Origin: Yuukianura sp. NJ FZ-2021
Lineage: Eukaryota
Direction of reading: 5' to 3'
DNA: 64,000 nt
Assembly (NCBI GenBank): GCA_046563655.1
Contig: CM102286.1
Coordinates: forward strand, 930,001 to 994,000
Numbering within the stretch: the stretch's first letter is position 1; the number at the start of each line of letters is the position of its first letter. Below, in pieces: positions 26,672 through 38,600 of the stretch. The notes beneath the pieces are model-generated. The model was not told where the DNA came from, made no database searches, and worked only from the letters and a program-made list of their open reading frames with translations. Position numbers and translations under genes: made by a program.

Positions 26672-29600
26672 ATGTCCCACTTGAAGCTCTGGTGGCTCCT
26701 GTTTCTGTGGGCTCCCCAACTGGGCTCAGCTACGCTCCAGCAACAGTTTCGCCGTACGCCGGACAATCAGACAGCTACAGTCGGAGACACAGTGACGCTT
26801 GCGTGTAATGTTATCAACAAGTCTGGAATTTTACAATGGACGAGAGACGGATTCGGACTTGGAAACGAACGAAACCTGGTTGGCTACGAACGATACCGAA
26901 TGGTCGGAAATGAAGAGGAAGGTAAAAACACGAACAATTCAAAAAAAAATAAAATTTTGAAAATTAAAGTTTTAGTTTCAAATTAAAGCAAGTTGATTGA
27001 AGTTTAAAATGGACAGGAAAAGGGACAATTTTGAGATGATTCTGCACGAATCAATTTAGGAAACTAAAATATTCGTTTCCGGAAATTAAAATTTCAGTTA
27101 AGGTTTCATTCTGAAATGAGCTGAAATTTAAAATTTCAAAACTGAAAACTGTGTTTTGGTTGTTTTTAGGAGACTTTACGCTTGTGATTGATCACGTAAC
27201 ACTAGAGGATGATGCTGTGTTCCAGTGCCAAGTTGGTCCAGGTCCTGACGGGATCCGTGAACTTCGATCTCCGAATGCCAAATTGACAGTTGAGGTGCCC
27301 ACGGGAGCACCGCAAATCCTTCTACGGGGCGACGTTGTACAAGCCACAGAAGACAAAGAAATTCAAATCGAGTGCATTTCACGCGGCGGGAAACCGGCAG
27401 CAGAGGTATGCACATTCACATTTTCCATACGCCTGCGTACAACTCTCGGGAACTTTTTTTTTAAATCTAACTTGCTCCTGGGGGAAAGTGAAAGTTAAAA
27501 TCTGGATTGCCGGAGAAAGCAGAGAGCAGAGGAAGATGATGTTGATAATTAACATTAATGGGTGGCTATAAAAGTTAGAAGAATAGAATTTCATCATAAG
27601 AAATAAGAGATCCGAATGAGCTTTGAATATAAATTAAATCTACCTTTTCTCCCGCCTTTACGTTTATAGTTACTCCCTCCAAAAATATAGTTACTCCCTC
27701 CAACCAAAAAAGTTCTTATCAAAATTAAACTCCCGCTCTAATGGGCCCCTCTTCTCTCCTTTTCTCTTTTTTATTCCATATGCTTTCTCTCCCTCTTATC
27801 AGTCCATTTCAAATGCACTTCAAATAATATACGGCACACAGAGCTTCTCTCTCTCTCTCACAGTTTAAAATTCCAAAACATTTGAATACTTCCCGCCTTT
27901 TTCAACACAAAGTCAGAAACTACAGTGGAAGTTTGGTAGAGGGTTAAGCCTTCTCTGGGGAACTAACCTACAAACCCAGAAAATCCAAATTTTCACAAAA
28001 CTCCCGCTCCAATGTTTTTTGAAACTTTCAAAATTGAAAACCGCCTCTGGGACAACGCCTGTTTGACATTGTGGAGCGTTCTGTTTGAACAGAAGTTGAA
28101 CTGAACATGGAGGATAATGAAGGAACGTTTTAGAGAAGAGGAGAGGAGGATAGGCAGTAATAAAAATGGAGATTATGGAGGGGGAGGGCGTTGGTTGTAT
28201 GCAAAAGTGAAAGTTACGGAAACTTACTCCGAGGTAACAGAGGAAACGGAGGTAACTCGTATGGAGGAGTAACACTGTGGTTGCATTTGTCTGGAAAAGC
28301 TAAAGGTTCCATGCAGGAACATTTCAAAAAAGGAAATGTCTCCAGAGGAATATTTGAAGAGAAAGCTTCAAAGTCTTCTCCTTTTCTCCAGATCTCTTTT
28401 ATGGGAGTGGAGAGAGCAATAAAGACATTTTGGTCAGGGACTTTCTCTTTTTGTCAAAATGTTCAAATTTTCCGCACTTTTTGGGAATAGAGCATGACGT
28501 ATAGTTGATAGTCATGCGCACAATGTTTGCTTACTTTAGGTTAAGCCATTACTGCATTCCGGGCTAAATGTAAAAGTAAAGAAAGTTGGAGGGAGTAACT
28601 ATGCGGATTTTGAAGAAAAAAAGTGAGAGAAATTGAAAAGAATTTTGTCGTTTTGTCTTTCTCGTGCAAGTTGAAAGTCGTAAAAGCGAGAAAATAAAGT
28701 TCCTTTTCTTTTCTTCAAATTGATTTCCCGGTTTCCTTTCATAGTTTTGAATCCGGTTGAATTTTGGTATTCATCTTAAAGTTTTTAGAGAGAAAGGGGA
28801 AGACAATGATGAAGAATGAATCTATTGTTCCGAATGAGCACAATTTGAGTAGAAAAGTCCAAAGAAAGGTGGTGAGCTCCGTGGAATGTTTGGTGGTTCG
28901 TAATTTTGAGAGGATGGAGGGAAAAGAAGGAAGTGGGGGAAATGATTAATTGCGTGTTGATGTCCTTCTGGCTGACGAGAGGTGTCAAAGGACGGAGTTT
29001 GGCTCCAAACTCTACGAAATGGCGCTAATCTCATTATATTTCCTCATTCCCCGACTTTCTCCTCATTTCTAATCATTTTGACTTTTAGTCGAATAATATA
29101 AAACCATTTCTATAACGCCAAAATCATTTGAAAAAGGTAACATTTGGGGAAAAGCAAGGAAAAGTTAAATGTTAAATGGGATGAGGAAAAAAGTTTTCTT
29201 CTATGATATTTCATACTGCAGGTATAAAACGATTACTATGGTTGGTATTAATCGAGGAAATGTGGTCTGATTAAAACAGAAATCCATTGAAAGTTGATCT
29301 ATGATTTGTACGTGGTGAAAGTGCGTAACTCCACTTTGGATTGTTGGATTGGCGTGGAAGAGAGGAATGAAGGGGGATTAATCTACTCATTTGCTTTCCC
29401 CTCGCCACTAATTCTCATCTTGTTCACTTCAATTTCCTCCTTTGGGCACAACCATTTCTCCCGCGTCACTCAAAATCAACCACCTCAATTGTCTTTTTTC
29501 ATCTTACACTTTTCCATTTTTTCATGTTTTGAACAGCGCCTTCTTCTTCTTTCCAACAATAGATTCAAATTTAATTAAAACTTTCTTCGCTTTTTTTAAT

Positions 29601-32600
29601 TTGTGTATTATTCAAAATATCTTTTCAATATTTTGGAAATGAGTTTTGGAATTTGTCTTCCTCGAAAGAAGAAAAGAGGAAAAAATTCAGAAGATGTGAA
29701 TTTGACAGGGATTCAAGTCAGAAATTTTTTAGCGCCAACTTTTTTGCTTATTTCCGGGTGGGATTAGCTTGTGTCATGCCTCAAGCAAAGCACAAGGAAT
29801 TTTAAAGTTAGCAACTCAAGCTTAAGCTAAAAGCTTTAGATTTTGGAAGAACATAAGAACAACTTCAAGTGCAGATAAAACAAGTTTTGGAGGCTGGAGG
29901 GCTTTTCAAATGGAAAAAAGAGGAATAATGGGCCTTTGTAAAGTGAAAGTTGATGCCTCACAAACGTTCAAGTTTTTTAATTAATTATTTCCTCCAAACT
30001 CAGAAATTCCAACAACAGATTTGTATTTTTCAGCAGAAATGAAAGCCGCTCGCAAAAAATTTGGGATTTGAAATTTTTTTACGGTTCGCTTCACTTTCTT
30101 TAACTTTTTCTAAAAAGTTAGAAAAGAGGAAGTGTGCAATGGCTCAAGACTAAAGAAGATGGAGAGTTGAAGATGGATTGATAATGGTGGTGGGATTTAT
30201 AGTGCGATAGTAATGTTTAACCTTAACAGAAATTGAATTTCTATTTCAGATAACTTGGATTGATGGGAGTGGGCAAGAGATCAAGTCTGGAGTTGAAATT
30301 GTCAAGGAAGATTTAGAGGATCGCAAGCGCCAGAATACTCGATCCATTTTGAAATTGACGCCAAAGAAGGAGCACCATAACAAAACTTTCACTTGCCAAG
30401 CTCATAATCGCCCTGCAAAAGAAGTCATGAGTACTTTTGTGCGAATTGAGGTCAAGTATGCTCCCAAAGTGACCCTGCAAATAGTTCCGGGTCAAATCCG
30501 AGAGGGGGATACTGTGCGGGCGACGTGTCGAGCCGAAGGGAATCCACCTGAAATGGTCTATCGCTGGTTCCTCAATGACCAAGTTGTGGCTGGAGACCAT
30601 GGGACACTCCTTGTCATTCAAAATGTCACCAGACTTCGTCATGACGCCATTGTCAAATGTGAAGTACAAAATTCTGTGGGGAAAAGTGAAGAGTCGCAGA
30701 CGCTACAAGTCACTTGTAAGTTTTTCTTTCCTTTTACTGCGCTGCGTTTGTCACTTTTCAAAAAAAAATACCTTCCCACTGTGATCTGAGAAAATCACCT
30801 TCTGATTCGCAACTTTTCAAATTGAAGGTTTCCAAAAGTTTTCTTTCAGAAAACTCAAACTGCTTTTTCTGCACATCAATTTTAGAAAAGTTGACCTTTA
30901 GACCAAAAAGGGCAAAGGTCAACAAACTTTCTTTCAAATTTTACGAGAAGTTAGAACTTTTGAGTCTAATTGCAGTGAAATTTTTAAGAGTTCTTAAATT
31001 TTAGGCTTGGCAGGTTTACACAACGGTTTTCTATCATTGGCGAGTTTGTTTTTCAAAATTCAAAATGAACAGATTTAGCGAATGTTTTTTTTTTCGTATA
31101 ATGGACTGATGGTATTGGTCTATTGTTCTTCCTTACAACAAATCCTTAGACTTTTTGTTTATTTAGGCTTTTCTGGAAGAGATCTTGTGCGTTGAGGAAT
31201 TTCAACTATTTCTGGATGAGACTTTTGTCCATGTTAACTTTTGTTCATTTCCTGGCTAAACTGGTTGAAGTGAATGACAGGAATGGCATAATGGAGACTT
31301 TTAATGTTGTAATAACAATCGATTACTTCCGTATTCTGTTCCCGTTCCAACTGTACAGTTCCAGAGTTTTCCAAAAAAGGAAAATCTATTGTAAAACGAC
31401 AGGAGAAACTGGAAGTTAGAGAAATATGGCTTGCGTTTGAACAGACTTGTTCTGAACAGAAAGTCTGTTCAGAACAAGAACTCCTGCACTCCGTCACACT
31501 TTGTATTCAGGAACAGTTTGGATCCCAAACGAACTCCCGCTTTCATGTTTCCCAGAAGATTTCCTCTCCTTGTCATGTCCCTTGACTTTGGATATCCAAA
31601 CCAAAAACCATATATAACATTTGAACTAAAAGAGACTTCCCCCATGACCCCTTAGTGAATAAGGTCAAAACAGAATCTAACATAGGTAAAACCTAACGTT
31701 CTAAAGGTGTTCTTCCGGAAAACGAAAAAAGTTCACGTCTCACTATATTTATAGTTTTTTGTACTAAAGAAAGTCAATTGCCTTTACTCAATTCCCATTT
31801 TGAAAAAAATGTCCCAGTTTCCGGTTAAATCGCCCAATAATGTTGAACTGAAAGTGTATTGGACTTTTTTTTTAAACCCAAGTAGCTAGAATGGGCAGTA
31901 GGGCAGTCGTTGTTGCAAACTGTAGCGGCGGGAACATTTTGGATTTGAAATTTCCCGGGTTAATCCGTCCCTCGGTTCCGTTGGATTATGAATAATTGAA
32001 AACATAATTACGAGCTCTGGGGAGATTCTGTTTAAGGAGAAACTTCAAATGGAAAGAGCTTTTCAGTTGAGCAGAGTTGTGCACTGTTGCCCGATTCGAG
32101 CAGAAGGAGCAATCAGCCTTTGCATAATTTAGGTTCCTGTTGAGGCAACGTGAGACAAAGGAAAATTGAGTCCAGGGGAAAAGGCGGGAAATATGAACTG
32201 AGAGAAACCTTGTGGCGGCAACTTTCAAGTTTTTTGAATGATACAATCTCAGTTTATTATTGACACAAAGGAAAAAGAGAAAGCTTTTTTTACTTTCTCC
32301 CTCCGACTGCCGCCAAACAAGTTTCTCCCAAGAGGATTTTTATTCCATATTCAAAATCTAATATGATTTTTTTGAATTCTGGCGGTACTTTTTTCCTGTT
32401 TTTTTTTTTGTAGTAGAAGTTGACTCATGCAGGGTCGATGCATTTCCTTCTCCTGCCAGAACTAAAAGTGATTGATCTGAAGGTTTCTGTTTTTCGGTTA
32501 GGAAAGATCAATAAATAGAACACGAAAAACTTTGAACTTCCTGGATTCCGTTTATTGTTTAGGTTCACACAGGCGATAGTTGGTTAGAGGTTTCTGGAGT

Positions 32601-35600
32601 TGCGTTTAGGATTTTGGAAACGCGTGTTTTCACAGCGGGATTTTCAAATAACCCTCCACTTTTTTCAAACAAGGGCGTTTGAACTTGTCTTGTTCTTTTA
32701 GCAGTTTTACAAAAAAAAACTAGGACTGGGGATGCAAAAATGGCTCCTTTTTCAAAAAATGGAAAAACCTGCTGTTTTTTTTTGAAAGTGGATGAGTGAA
32801 CAACGTAAAGTGGTATGAAGCGACACTTCATCCTGCCCTTGGAGCACGGAGGAATAATTCAGAAGGAAATGATGATATAGTGGAGTCCATAAATCACTAA
32901 CTTCGTTCCCGTCTCTGATTTTCTGTCAACGACTACAAAATTGTAGGATCTCGGAGTAGTACGACAAAATGGAAATTCAAAAGCGTCCACTTGAAGTCTT
33001 TCCCGCTTTATTCGCTTTTCCACTTGACTAAAATTTGAGTAGAGCGGAGTGAGCAGTGAGCGGGAAATTTTGAAGTTGAGCTGAACAACTCTGTCTCATC
33101 AACCTGATTGGTCGTCGACCCTTATTTCCATCTCTGTGAATTAAATCTAATTGGAGATGAATGGTGCATAATAAGCGTCCGTCTCCTTCTTCCTCAACGC
33201 TTCAACAATTTATGACTCCATTCTAACACTAACATAATCAACTTAGAAGGAACGCCAACAGTATCAACCCCGTCTTTTATATTCATACTTTGTCACATGA
33301 ATCTTACGTAAACGTCAGTTCAAATTCTAAAATGAAAAAATATTAGAAAATTTCAAACGCAGTTTCAACAATTCTGCAATTGAGTTTTCTGTGTCTAGTC
33401 CCGTTTTAGCTGGAAATGTTTTTGAAATTTTTGAAGTTTTGAGTGCTTTGTTGTACTAAAAACTTTCTTTTTGAGCGTGTAGAGGTGTAGGGCGGTGAAA
33501 AATCGATCATTTTTTTTCCACTTGAAGGCATCAGATATGTCAAGTGTTGGAGAAGGAGAGTTCAGTGACAGAGAGCAGTGAAAGTATCCGACAGCAGAAA
33601 GCTACCCGCACCTTCTGCCTCTCACAAGTCAGCTTTTATACTGCCGATGGCAACTGGGCAACTTCCACGTCACTCTTTTTCATGTAAAAGTTAGGTTTAG
33701 CTGCTTTCTCTCCGGAGAAAGCAGCTTCAGCTCCTTACGTTTCAAATTTTAAAAAATAAAACTTTCCCTCCTCACTAAACTCAACTTGATGATAAACATC
33801 CTTGAGAGACGCAAAAATGCAGTTTCTATCTTTGGAATTTTTTCGAAGAGATAAGCTACATCCGGTTTTTTTTTGGAGACTGATCATCTTCTTCATCATT
33901 TGAAAATGAACCATAGGCTTTGGGTTTAGAGAAAAAGCATCTGCAGCCCACCAGAAAAGTTGTTGGATGCGACGTTTCGTTGGACTTAGTTTGACAAGGC
34001 GAGGACATGCATCTTCTTGACTTCCGCTTCCAAATGTCAATCCTTGTCTTAGTCTCGGCACGCGACTCCCAAACTGCATATTTGAGATGACAAAGGTCAG
34101 GGGTCAACTGTCACCACGATGGTCTCCAGGGACAAGTCTAAGTTCACCAAACCAATTCTGAAAACGAAAATCTAAACTTAGGTTTTAAGTTTCCTGAGCC
34201 ATGCGGCTGCTCAAAGTCAAACTGAATACTTTGAACCATTTTCTGGCAATTTTGAAATCTAAGCCGTTTTTGTTTCTAAACCGACTTTATTTTCAGAAAT
34301 TATGTTTGTAACTTTGTTTGCTTTATGTTCCATGTCACGAGTATATATGCTTGTATTACTAAATGTAGAGGATGAGTTCAGAATGCGTGAGTCTTTTGTT
34401 TTTTGAATTTGGTGCTGCCGACAGGCTAATAAAAGCATGAATTATTCACGCATTAGCCTTATCAAACGTCATCTTTTCTAATTTACACTCTCTCGCGGGA
34501 GGGTTCGTCGGAAATTAAGATACGATTCTCAGATTACGAGCTTCGTTTAGGTTTTCCCGCTGGCAAAGTCCATATCGTACCTGGAATTCGCTCAAAATAC
34601 TCTCGGGTTTCGAAAAATGGCGATTTCACAAATTTCAAATTTTGCAAATTGCAAATTTTGGCCAGGATATGCAGCCAATTATATCATTTCCGCTACAGTT
34701 GAGTGTCATCTTCCAAAAAAACAGAGAAAAACTAAAGTTTTTGTCATTTTTCTAACAAAAGTTCTCCTGTTTTGAAGACTTTTTTGTAAGAAGTGTTCCA
34801 ATTTAAATTGGATCTGCCATTATCACATTTCTTTTTTGTTTAAACTAAACTGTAGTTTTTTCCCGCTTCTCCTGTACTTTTTTGTTCTAAATCTAAATTC
34901 TAAATTTAGAAAACCTTCAATTAAATTAAACCTTAAAAGTTTTACAAAAACAATTTCCTGTCTAATCAGCCCTCGAGTCTCCTTAGCTCGCTGCTTCTTC
35001 TGTCAAATGCAGGTTAAACTTTTCCTTGTTCTAAATTCTTTTGTGCCAGGAAAATTCAAAAAAAAAAGTTCTACATCCCGGTCTCTCCCCGACAGAAACC
35101 TATTGTGAATCCTATTAATTTTTAATGACCCCGCCCTCTTCCTTTGCTTTCAAATGTTTTTCTCCACTTTCTCCAATTTTGTAACTTAAATTACATTTCG
35201 AACTACAAAATGCCTTATGCTGGTTGGTACAAAATTTAAATTTGCGCGGGCGGTCCACTATGTGTTGTTGTTTGCTAATGATTTAGTGTCGTATTCGCCT
35301 TTAGTCCCGGAAACTGTTAATGACGAGCAGACTTTTTTAATTAGTTGAGAAGAGCAAACACCTTTTGCACAATTTGCAAAAGTTTTTAAAAGTTTTTTTT
35401 CTCCTTTTTGCAAAATTTTTCGAAAAAGAATTTTTTTTTTGCTGCGATAAGTTTAGAGTTGCTTTGTCTCTGTGCGGGACAGCAACACTTTCTCCTTCTG
35501 GAAAAGAAAGTTACGCGAAGGATTTAAATTTTTTTTTTGTTCAAAATTTATGTTTATTTTGTATTTATTGTTTTATGTTACGTTTTCTCGCTGTATTCCT

Positions 35601-38600
35601 GTTCATGTTCGTCTTTGGATGGATTTGCACATACAAAATCATTTGTTAGACTCTGAAATGTCACATACATTCCAATCCCATTTCCTCTTGCAAGGTCGTT
35701 TGAGATGACATGCAATGTAAATATATGCGCCGAGTGTCCAGTTTCCAAGCGGACCGTCTAGAAAATCCAAAATCCTCCCGCCATATACTTTTTTTTTGTT
35801 GGGGGGAAATATGAACTTGTGCGTGCCTCAGCATCTAGACACAAAATGTCGTCTGAAATCTACTAAAGGTAGAGTCTGTGGTGATAAACTGAGGAAAAGG
35901 CGGGATGATAGGAGTTGATTAAGTGTAGTTTCTCCGTCCGGTGGTTCGGATGGCTACGTTTTTCTGGTCACAGTGGAGGAAGAAAGTGTCGTTGTGGAAG
36001 GAAATGGAAGATGATAGTGGATAAAATGATAGTTTAACTTGATTTGTGTGATTCCAATGTGGACAGATGGACCAGTCTTCCGGAATCGACCAAGGAATGT
36101 CCAGGCAGCCCTTGGGTCCAGTGTTACACTCACTTGCGATGTCGAAGGGAATCCCAGTCCAGAAATCGTCTGGTTCCATGAACAGACTCGAGTGGTAAGA
36201 AAACCGAAAAAAAAAAGCGGGAGAAATCCACTTTCTCCACTTTAAACAAGCTGTTTACACAACCCTGTCCTCAACTAACTGAGTCCGCATGAATTATTTT
36301 ATAGACTTGGACTCACTTCAACCTTTTTTTTTTCAAAAAAAAACCGGAGAGTGTTTTTTCGAAAGCCAAACACTTGAAACTTCGAATGGACTTGTAGTGA
36401 ACTTGAAATTTTTAGCTTCGTACCTTGTTATATTTCATGGTCACTGATTTCTTGGAACTTCGCTCGTTCGGAAAGTAATGTTTCACTTTTTATTGCAGGC
36501 TGTTAGTACGTTGCCAAATTACACGGTGACAGTGTCACCAGAGACGGCTGGGCGCTACATTTGCCAAGCAGTGGTCCAAGGGTTCCCCGAAGTCTCCGCT
36601 GAAGCTGTGATTCTTCTTAAGGGCCCCCCAAAAATTCTCAGTCAAAGGATCCAGTTTGGATCGGAAGGTGAAACAGTGAGACTTGAGTGTCTCGCCATCT
36701 CTATTCCACGACCGGAACGAGTCACGTGGTCTCACGCTGGGCGGGAAATTGATTTCCGTAAGAATTCAAAAACTCTTTTCAAAAATTTCTAATTTACTTT
36801 TCAATTCAAAAATTTAGTTTTCAATTCAAAGATTTCCGTCAGCTCTGATGAGAGATGTGAATAATCGATCTTTCAAAATATGAATCACGAAGCCTAACTT
36901 TTTGAAACTCCCGGTTTGCAAATTTTGAATCCAGGAAATGGTAGAAACCAAAACCACGAAATTTGAAATATGTTCCATTTTACTTTCCTTGTCATTTGAA
37001 CACTCCTGCTCTTAAGTAGTCAACCCTAATGTATGAGTTATGCTCTAGAAAGTAAAAATTCAAAAAGTTGCTTTTCTCCCGCCATCGAATGAATTCCTTT
37101 TGTTAACTTTTGAATTTTAGAGTGAGTAGCTGGAGCTAAAGGCTTATGGATCGCTAAGTTTCTTGAACGCAGGCACAAATCCCTTCTATTTTTAAGTTAA
37201 AGTTCTTAGCACTTCCATTTCGTCTTCATTTCTTTAAAAAAAGAGTCTCCGTTTCCCGTTTCCTTTGTGCCTCGAGATGGTTACAAATCGAAATGGATTT
37301 ACTTCCCGACATGGGCATCATTCACAACGGACTGAAAACGAATGTTTTCCATTTGGAGCAGTAGCGGCGGCAACTTTTGAAAAAGAATAAAACCGCACCA
37401 TGCCAACAGTATTACTTTCCAATTTTCAAAAAGAAACGCTCCCGCTCAGTGCTAAACTGAGATTCTCTTGAAATTGAGAAGGTTTGGGTGCATTTTGGAA
37501 CCGAAGCGGCAGAATTCTTAATGCGAAGATGCGCTTAAGGAACTTTTTTTGTCACCTTCTATCCAAAGTGACAATTAGGACTTGGAACATGTGTTTGAAT
37601 GGTAGAATTGATGAAGGATTTGAATTCCGCGCCTTGCGTGCACAATCAATCCCACGTTTAAGTCCTCATTGATCTCTCTTTGTTTTGACTGTTTTCTCTC
37701 AAGAGTTGAACAGGGAACAAATGAGTTCAACTTTAAAATATTTTTAAACACAACTTTTTTTTTCAACTGGAAATAGTTCTAATCTTCCAGCCTTTGAATG
37801 CGTTTAAGCAGGAAGCCCAAATAAATGAACGTGTCAGAACAGAATGCATCAACGTAACCCTACAATTTATTGTAAGTGCAACGACGGTGTGTGGCGCGTA
37901 AATTTAAAATGAAGCTGATTTGTTCAAATGGGGAGTCCATTAGTCCACTTTTTCCTGTGGAAATGAAGTGTATGGGCGGAGCGGGAGAATTTAGGTGGCT
38001 CATTTGCTAAGAGTGGACTTTCGTGTGTCGAAGTTGGACAAAATCCCGTCATTTTGAAACCTAGACGCAGGAGCTAGAAGTGTGTAACGTGTGAGGTCAT
38101 AAAAGTTAGTTTGTAAGAGGTCATAAGGGAGATGACCAAGGGCAAAAGTCTTGTGGATCCATAAAAACAAAGTGTTAGTCTTGTACTAATACAGTATGTG
38201 TTCTCTTATTAGGTGACTCTGACTACTCTATTCTGGAAGATCCACTTCCGGACGGTGTAAGGAGTACGCTCGTCATTGGAACTTCCCAAGAGACAGATTT
38301 CGGACCCTACAACTGTAGCGTCACGAATCCATATGGAACGCATGTCATGGAAATCTACCTCATGAAGCACAGTGAGTCATGTGACCTTTGACCTGGACTT
38401 CAAACTAGCACTTGAAGTTCAACATTTCACTTTTATTTTAACTTTTTTAACGTTTTTTTTTCATTTTAGTTTCGCTTTTTTATGCAAACTACTTAAGAGT
38501 GCTTCTTTTTCTGCATTTTTTGCTAACTGTGTTTACTTCCGTTGAAATGTTGTGCAAAATGTTGTGACTTTTGCCAAAACAGTTTCAATTACTACGCTAC

